A stretch of DNA of 42,628 nucleotides from positions 1 to 42,628 of the forward strand of contig NKIB01014556.1 of the NCBI GenBank assembly GCA_002256025.1. Reading direction: 5' to 3'. Made by a program: the position numbers and the translations under genes. The notes under the pieces are model-generated. The model was not told the DNA's origin. It was given only the letters and a program-made list of their open reading frames with translations, and ran no database searches. How positions within the stretch are numbered: position 1 is the stretch's first letter; every line of letters starts with the position of its first letter. The DNA comes from Asterionella formosa (taxonomy: Eukaryota). Shown in pieces: positions 35,845 to 42,628 of this stretch.

Positions 35845-38800
35845 ATGGTTTCGAAGGTGCTCATCGCGCTGTTGTTGCTGGAAGCTTCCGTTTCCGTCGG
35901 CGCGTTTCTGCACCCACTCCGACAATCCTTTCGATTGGCACTCAACGTGGGCACTGGGATTTTTGACGACGCAGCAAGCGGCAAGGCCTTTGGAGCCACA
36001 CCGAGCAATCCTTCTTCCAATTCTCCTAAAGCAAGGCCGCAATCCACCCGAGTTGAAAGCAAAGATGTTGTCATTGTCGGTGGAGGATTGGCTGGGTTGT
36101 CGGCAGCGCTGTATTTATCACAAATGGACCCGAATCGACAAATTACTATCTTGGAGAGAGAAGATCCTTCCCAGACACTGACAGTTGTCGGTAGCTTTGC
36201 AGCCGCTGGTATGTTGGCACCACAATCGGAGCGATTGCCCAGTGGACCCCTCCTGGATTTGTGCCTTTCGAGTCGAGCCCTCTATCCAGAATTTGTTCGG
36301 TTGGTCGAGAAATTGGCGTCGTTTTCAGGAGACGAAGGGAAAAAGTTTTTAACGTATGGTGATGGAACCGTTGGATATGTCACTTCGGGGGGCTTTTTGG
36401 CCCCTGCGTTTGCTGGTGATACTGTTGCTACGTGGGCACCTCCTCCAGGAAGCGGATCCGCATTTTGGCTAGACGAATCGCAAGTTCGCGAGTTGGAACC
36501 GAATTTGCATCCTAATGTGGTGGGCGGATGGTGGTTCCCTCAAGATGCAAGTGTCGATGCTCGTAGATTGACATGTTCCTTACGAGCTGCATGTGTCTCA
36601 CAAGGAGTTCAGATCCAAACCGGCAAGGACTATGAAGTCAAATCCTTGGACTTTGCTGATGGAGCGTGTCATGGATTATACACCGAAGATGGTATGTACA
36701 TATCCGCGAAGACAATTTTGTTGGCTAATGGGGCTTGGATGAGATTCTTACTTCCAGTTCCCATCGAACCGCATAAGGGGCAATCCATATCGCTCAGAAT
36801 GCCTTCAGATCGACCACCTATTCTACAGCGAGTGCTCTTTGCTCAAGATACATACATTTGCCCAAAGGCAGATGGACGTATTGTAATTGGTGCTACCGTT
36901 GAGGTTGGGAGTTACGATGCCGACATCACACCTGCAGGAATGATTCATATCCTACAACATGCCTTGGATATGGTTCCAGGATTGAAGGATCTGCCAATTG
37001 AAGAAACTTGGGCAGGCCTTCGTCCCACCACTCCTGACAAGGGGCCCATTTTGGGAAAGACGTCATGGGAAAATTTATTTCTCGCTGGAGGCTACTGGCG
37101 AAATGGTGTCTTACTCGCTCCAAAAACAGGTCAACTAATAGCATCTCTCATTGCTGGAAACAAATTGACTCCTTCTGACGATGCATTGTTGACCTCATTT
37201 TCGTTGGAACGATTTGCTAGTGTCGAAGGCGCTGTAAAGCTGGCTGCCAACACCCGTTATGCTGCATCGATGCACCCAGTACAGCGACGTTCACAGCCAC
37301 TTGGGGTTGGTACCGAGCTGGGTTCATATTCCAATGCACGAAATGCTCGGGAAGAGCGGGAACAAGACAGAGCGGCTTTGTTTGAAATGGGTGATGACGC
37401 GCTAGAGCAAGCAGCACAACTTGGAGTTCAAGATGGCACAGCTTTCAACTGGGGCGATGTGACAATGGAGAAAAAGACGTTAGCTACCTTTAGGAAGGAA
37501 CAAGAAGCATCTCGAATTGTCGACGAGTCGAAAAACATATGGCCAGCAAATGATAAAATGGGATCAGCTCAAATATCAGAGGGAATGTCGTTCACAGGTA
37601 CAACCGGCGATGATCGTTCGCGCACCTACCAAGCGATCCAAGACTGGAGGGGATCTCCAGCTTCTCCTGGAAATGAGATAGGACAAGGACCGGCGGAAGT
37701 GTCCATAGCAAAAGAATTGGATGCCATGAGAGCAGCCCAAAGCCTTGATGATACATCAGAAATGGTTGATTTCGCATTTGACAAGGTTGATTTCAATCAA
37801 CGCGGATCTCGGGAGGACGAGATGGATGCCATGAGTGCAGTCCGAAGGAGTAACCTCGGTGTCAGTGATAATTTCTCAAGACAGAAACCTGCGATCAAGA
37901 AAATTAGAATTTTTCAGGAAGTGCCGCCTGTAGATAGATTTGTGTCGACAAATGCATGGCCGACAAATCAGGACATAGCATCATTGCTATCATCGAATCA
38001 GAGTGGTTCTACAAGTGACAAGCAGCCCTTGGCCGTCGTGTCAAAGTCCTTGCAAGCCTCACGTGTAGCGGAAAAAGCATCAACGAATTCGTGGCCAACA
38101 AACCAATACATGGCATCCTTGCAAACGTCAGTAGCGTCACCGTTTGAAAGCAAGGCCGATGCGCTCCCTGTCGCACAAGCGACGCAGCCCATCGCTTCCA
38201 ATGCATGGCCAACAAATCAGTACATGTCATCATTGCAACCGTCGAAGATGGTTGATGATACTAAACCGCTGCAAGCCTCTCGTATTACAACTGCATGGCC
38301 CACAAATCAGTACATGGCAGCCTTGCAACCGCCGGTAGTGAAACTTTTCGACAGCACGACCAATTCCATCTCTGTCTCACGTGAGGAACCTGCTGTTACC
38401 GACATCAAAGCGTTGGAAGCACCACCTGTTATGGAAAGAATGTCCACCAATGCATGGCCAGGAAATCAGTACATGGCAACGTTGCAAACAGCAAATATGG
38501 GTGGTGCCACCGGCTCCAGGAAGCCATTCGACAACGTAAAAATACCAATTCAAGGCTCGTTTACTGCGCCGGCGTGGCCTACAAATCAGTATATGGCAGC
38601 CTTGCAACAGTCTGCAGAGAAGCGTCCCGACGGCACGACCAATTCCATTCCCGTCGCACGAGAGGAACCGACCGTTAGTAGCATTGTAACGTTGGAAGAA
38701 ATTCCAACTGTAATGGAAAAATCGTCCACGAATGCATGGCCAGGAAATCAGTACATTGCAACGTTGCAAACCCCAAATATGGGCGGGGCCACCAGTTCCA

Positions 38801-40047
38801 AAAAGTCATTCGGCGTCGTCAGAACATCACTGCAAACCCCCCGTGTTGCCAATGCATGGCCGACAAATCAGTACATGGCGACCTTGGAATCGATTACTAC
38901 AACACCTTTCGACAGCACGGCCATTTCCATCCCTGCCCCACGAGATGAACCGGCTGTTACTAGATTGAAAACGTTGGAAGGAGCTCGACCTGTAATGGCA
39001 ACAGCGACCACGAATGCATGGCCAGGAAACCAATACATGGCAACCTTACAAATGTCAAACATGGGTGGAACCAAGAGTCCCGTTCAGGTCGAAGGCGCCG
39101 TTACAAAAACACCTCAAGCAGAAAGAGCGTCAACTAGTGCATGGCCGACAAATCAGGACACGACATCGTTACAAACTGTCGTGGCAACCACGTTCGAAGG
39201 TTTGGACGATACCATATCTTCCTCCACTGTCGAGGATTTTGATATCGCAATTTCTCCGAATGAAGACGTTGACCTTTCTTTTATTTACCAAGCTATTCAG
39301 GGTCCCAAGTCATCTCCTATTGAAGAACCATCCATTGGAGCAACTGCAAATGATATCGATCAAGATTCCGTGGTATCAACTCTAGTGGAAGAGTTGAAAT
39401 CCATGAATGTATTGTCGTCGAATGCTTTCAATCCACTTTTCGAACCGACCCCAGCATTTGAATCCTTTTTGGAGCAACAAGCATCGAAGGTCTTTGGGGA
39501 GGATGATGACAACTTTAAGGTTCTGAATCGATTTTTCGACCAGATCCAAGATAGCCCAGCAACTGGAATAGATTTGGCGGTCGACTCCAGAGTAAATGGT
39601 CCAGTACCCACGTATCCAGCCATCAAGGTAAACGGCAACTCGAAGGACCTGAATCAACTTTATGAACGGATTCAAAAGAATAAAGCTACTACCGTTGAAA
39701 TGGGAGACCGAGAGGAAGTAAACCGACTTGATCCCGGATTTCGTATCTTCTATGTTGACGACGATGACGAACGGTATGAAGTTCCACCATTCACCCGTCC
39801 TGAAGAGATGGCGTCCTTGGTTGCCGCCAAGAAAGGTATGAAGACCGTAAGTCCAACGTCTCAGTTTGTAGAGGAACAGTACAACGAACAAACGTTTGAT
39901 GGATACACGACAATTCAACAAGCCAACGCAAGATCATCACGACAGGAGGAATTGGATGCAATGAAAGAATCCAGAAGAAAGAATCGTTTTGGAGGTTCTG
40001 ATCAAGTTGATGAATCCAAAATTGGAGCACTGAGGGGAAACTTATAG
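35845..40047 (+). CDS. thiO: Plastid-targeted glycine oxidase ThiO-like FAD oxidoreductase (DAO family) with a long repeat-containing C-terminal extension, 1400 aa
   Basis: First ATG at 35845. Signal peptide MVSKVLIALLLLEASVSVGA followed by F (ASAFAP-like) and an S/P-rich transit peptide. VIVGGGLAG, SFAAAGMLAPQSE, WAGLRPTTPDKGPILG and GGYWRNGVLLAP define the oxidase domain at ~36060-37220. Confidence 0.85.
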   Translation: MVSKVLIALLLLEASVSVGAFLHPLRQSFRLALNVGTGIFDDAASGKAFGATPSNPSSNSPKARPQSTRVESKDVVIVGGGLAGLSAALYLSQMDPNRQITILEREDPSQTLTVVGSFAAAGMLAPQSERLPSGPLLDLCLSSRALYPEFVRLVEKLASFSGDEGKKFLTYGDGTVGYVTSGGFLAPAFAGDTVATWAPPPGSGSAFWLDESQVRELEPNLHPNVVGGWWFPQDASVDARRLTCSLRAACVSQGVQIQTGKDYEVKSLDFADGACHGLYTEDGMYISAKTILLANGAWMRFLLPVPIEPHKGQSISLRMPSDRPPILQRVLFAQDTYICPKADGRIVIGATVEVGSYDADITPAGMIHILQHALDMVPGLKDLPIEETWAGLRPTTPDKGPILGKTSWENLFLAGGYWRNGVLLAPKTGQLIASLIAGNKLTPSDDALLTSFSLERFASVEGAVKLAANTRYAASMHPVQRRSQPLGVGTELGSYSNARNAREEREQDRAALFEMGDDALEQAAQLGVQDGTAFNWGDVTMEKKTLATFRKEQEASRIVDESKNIWPANDKMGSAQISEGMSFTGTTGDDRSRTYQAIQDWRGSPASPGNEIGQGPAEVSIAKELDAMRAAQSLDDTSEMVDFAFDKVDFNQRGSREDEMDAMSAVRRSNLGVSDNFSRQKPAIKKIRIFQEVPPVDRFVSTNAWPTNQDIASLLSSNQSGSTSDKQPLAVVSKSLQASRVAEKASTNSWPTNQYMASLQTSVASPFESKADALPVAQATQPIASNAWPTNQYMSSLQPSKMVDDTKPLQASRITTAWPTNQYMAALQPPVVKLFDSTTNSISVSREEPAVTDIKALEAPPVMERMSTNAWPGNQYMATLQTANMGGATGSRKPFDNVKIPIQGSFTAPAWPTNQYMAALQQSAEKRPDGTTNSIPVAREEPTVSSIVTLEEIPTVMEKSSTNAWPGNQYIATLQTPNMGGATSSKKSFGVVRTSLQTPRVANAWPTNQYMATLESITTTPFDSTAISIPAPRDEPAVTRLKTLEGARPVMATATTNAWPGNQYMATLQMSNMGGTKSPVQVEGAVTKTPQAERASTSAWPTNQDTTSLQTVVATTFEGLDDTISSSTVEDFDIAISPNEDVDLSFIYQAIQGPKSSPIEEPSIGATANDIDQDSVVSTLVEELKSMNVLSSNAFNPLFEPTPAFESFLEQQASKVFGEDDDNFKVLNRFFDQIQDSPATGIDLAVDSRVNGPVPTYPAIKVNGNSKDLNQLYERIQKNKATTVEMGDREEVNRLDPGFRIFYVDDDDERYEVPPFTRPEEMASLVAAKKGMKTVSPTSQFVEEQYNEQTFDGYTTIQQANARSSRQEELDAMKESRRKNRFGGSDQVDESKIGALRGNL
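37945..39174 (+). repeat. Coding repeat array: 10 x (T)NAWP(T/G)NQYM(A)xLQ
   Basis: Copies near 37951, 38086, 38200, 38290, 38449, 38570, 38731, 38851, 39013 and 39136, conserved in DNA as GCATGGCC(A/G)..AAA(T/C)CA(G/A)TACATGGCA. Confidence 0.95.
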
Positions 40048-40981
40048 TTACATCGCTAATGTATTGGAAGGCTGTGATGCGCAATACCCAACTAACCTCC
40101 AATAGCTGTATCACAGCCCTACTGTGGCACCACATCAGCTCCGTTTTCATTAAATTTTCATTTCCATTGGTACCCTTTCGTGACTATTTTTCGAACTTTT
40201 GATCGTCGAAGTCACAACCTTCTTCACTCCGCTATTGAATCGAATAAATAACATGTTGTGCAATTCTAGTAGTCCACTTGTGGTCTATGCCAAGGTAACA
40301 ACACCTGTTGTTGTTTAGCTAAGTTAGTAAACGCTCATTTTGTCTCCGCAGCAGTGACAAGATTGCGATGTTCCTTATTTTTATTTTCAACTATTTTAGA
40401 TCATTTGCTCACATTTCCCTGATGGGCTGTTTGCTATTGCTGCCCCGCCTCTTCCTGGCTCGGGCATTTTTTCGGGTTGGCCTTGAACTTTGAGAGCCAC
40501 TTGTCACCATGCTATACAACCCTTTGCTTGCAGAGGAGGGAGGAGTATTGTTTGTTACTAACTATTTTGGAACATTTGCTTGGGGGAGGAAGGGAGCGTT
40601 AGAGGATAGAAACAATTGGCTGTGCTGACTATGATAATGAGCACCAAATGTGCTACAAGATCAGAAAATTACAAAGCAGCTCACACCACACTCCAAATTT
40701 TGTGAAGATTTGGATGGATTTATAAAAAATATTATGATTTATTGAGAAAAGAATCAAGATTTGTCTTAATGTTGTTTTCTGACAAAATTTTGGAATTGAG
40801 TTGTCTCCTGGTATTCATTTCAGAAGAAGTTTAAGTGCCTTGGATACTTGTAGGCATCATGCCTTTATTTGCCTTGGTTTGGAAAAATATGTAGTGTTAT
40901 CAGCAGTATTTAAATTTATTAGTCCGATAATTGTAGCTACTTGTAGTAAATATGGAAAATGAGGAACCAGTGCTAGATATC

Positions 40982-42628
40982 TGCAGGTTGCAATCATTTT
41001 GCCGAAACTGAAATGCGGTACCGGCACTCAAATTCGAATCTTACAGTATTGTTGTTGTGAATCACCTCTTTACATGACGTGTCAGTATATGTCTGTGTCT
41101 GTTTGTCTGACAGTACCTATGCATCTTACCGGTATTTAAATCATCGTTCTTCTATATCAACTTAATCTAATCACTCTTTTAACAAACACACCTTCCAATC
41201 TCCTTTTGAGCTTGTCAGGTTAGTTATCGGACTCCCCTCCTCTATCGTCTCCTCGTTCATCGACCTCGTCGATCTCTCTCGTCCCCTCTTTCACTGCAGG
41301 TTATGAGCCCAAGCTGTTTCCTTGAAAGAAACGAAATTGTTGATTGTTAATTCGATCTCACTGTCGGCGCCGATCGAAAAATCTCGTTCGCTTTTGATTG
41401 TTTTCGCATCATTCATTTGGCTGCTACATCTGTCTATCTATATACTACACACAGCAGAAGTAGACAAGTGTATTGAGTAATCTTTATCAAAAGAGTGCTA
41501 TTTGGCATTCAAAGGTTGCCTGCTTTTCATTCGCAACACATCGTCAACAGCGTTTTTTTCTTTTTTCGTCGTGAATCGTTTTCATATCTTCACACTATTT
41601 TGGCTACGAAAATACTCTACTGTAAACGATCATCTGTGGGTTATCAAAACAAATGATCTCCGACTGTATTCAGAGCACCTTCCGGCAAACAATATTCCCA
41701 AGAGATTACAAGTGGAAAGTCTATACAATAAACTCAAATCACTCCTCCAACATTTACCTACTCCTCGCACCCATCGTTCCACTCATGGGATCACTCTACC
41801 TGTTCATGCTGATGTGGTTTCAGTCTCTACTATTGACATTGCACACACATTGGAATGTGCTCTTCAAGGCCACCCTGATACCACTACTCATGACCACAAT
41901 CCCATTCATGCGCTCATGATTTCGGCCATTAATCGCGCGAGAGTTCCTAATCCTCACCAAATATGTCTCTTTCCTTGGTGTGGTGTCAAACATGACCCTC
42001 TCTGTTGTTGTATTTGTTTTGGTAGTAACCATAAAACGCCCGATTGTTGGCATCTCAATGGACTCTCAGACAACCGAAAAGAACTACTTGTCAAAGCACA
42101 TTCTGCTAAAATTGCTCGGCTCCCTCCGTTTGATGCAACCCCTGCTCGACCTCCTCGTGGTTCTCTTGGTCGCTCTGGTCCACAAGACACCACTCCAGCA
42201 AATACTCAACTCTTTACAGTTTAGGCTATTTCCACCATGCCTGAGGACAAGAATGCGGAGCCTACACACCTTCAGTCTGTCATAGATGATATACATATCA
42301 CATCGAAAGAGAACATGTATAACATTGCACCATTTTCTCATCAATACAGCTGGGATGTCCCCACTCCTAGATCCCCTGGACTTCATGATATTGACAATGA
42401 TCAGGTTATCACATCTTCCCCAGTTTATCACACAGGCATGGTCGCTTTTGTTGCTCATATTCGTGATTCACACAAGGTTGTTGATGACTTAGCTCTGATA
42501 AACTCTGATCCCACTGAAGTTCTTACACATATCTCTTCCTCTCTACCGCACTCCTCCACTTCCTCATCCACCACTGGTCTGGAATTTGCTGCAAACCTCC
42601 ACGAAGGTGAAACTTTGATGCATGTGGA
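40982..42628 (+). mobile_element. Copia LTR retrotransposon 5' end (putative LTR 40982-41298, PBS, decayed gag), running off the window
   Basis: TGCAG...CTGCA terminal inverted pentamer, immediately followed by GGTTATGAGCCCA (41299-41311, Copia-type internal tRNA-iMet PBS). ORF 41502-42224 has the zinc knuckle CCICFGSNHKTPDC. The LTR start is inferred. Confidence 0.7.

Noticed and set aside
37945..39174. CRISPR-like repeat-spacer appearance of the ~40-nt repeats
   Set aside because: The repeats are in frame within a eukaryotic CDS and vary at synonymous positions. The spacers are unequal in length and homologous to each other, and there are no cas genes.
39382..39921. 179-aa antisense ORF and other ORFs nested in the long genes
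   Set aside because: These are shadow frames of real CDSs with no independent motifs.
40048..40400. TPP riboswitch in the 3' UTR of the thiamine-pathway gene
   Set aside because: No CTGAGA core or recognisable aptamer is visible. An Rfam RF00059 scan would settle it.

Overview
Eukaryotic nuclear DNA, most likely from a diatom. The evidence is short GT-AG introns, diatom-type (CoDi-like) Copia elements and a bipartite ASAFAP-type plastid presequence. Six apparently intact genes lie among decayed transposons: a selenoprotein-S-like membrane protein, a bZIP factor, an H-NOX/HNOBA soluble guanylate cyclase, a divergent FANCI-like solenoid, stomatin-like protein 2, and a plastid-targeted ThiO/glycine-oxidase-like enzyme. 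The ThiO-like protein has a very long tail carrying ten WP(T/G)NQ(Y)MxxL repeats. Mobile DNA includes a 4.8-kb Copia element (266-bp LTRs, CTTTC TSD) that splits a second bZIP gene, a pogo-type element with a convergent passenger ORF, a non-autonomous PIF/Harbinger element (TTA TSD) and two further Copia remnants. Palindromic GGTACC(A/T) micro-arrays occur a few hundred bp upstream of nearly every gene. Two poly-G/poly-C/N tracts look like assembly-gap artefacts. All family assignments come from reading motifs by eye; no database searches were run.
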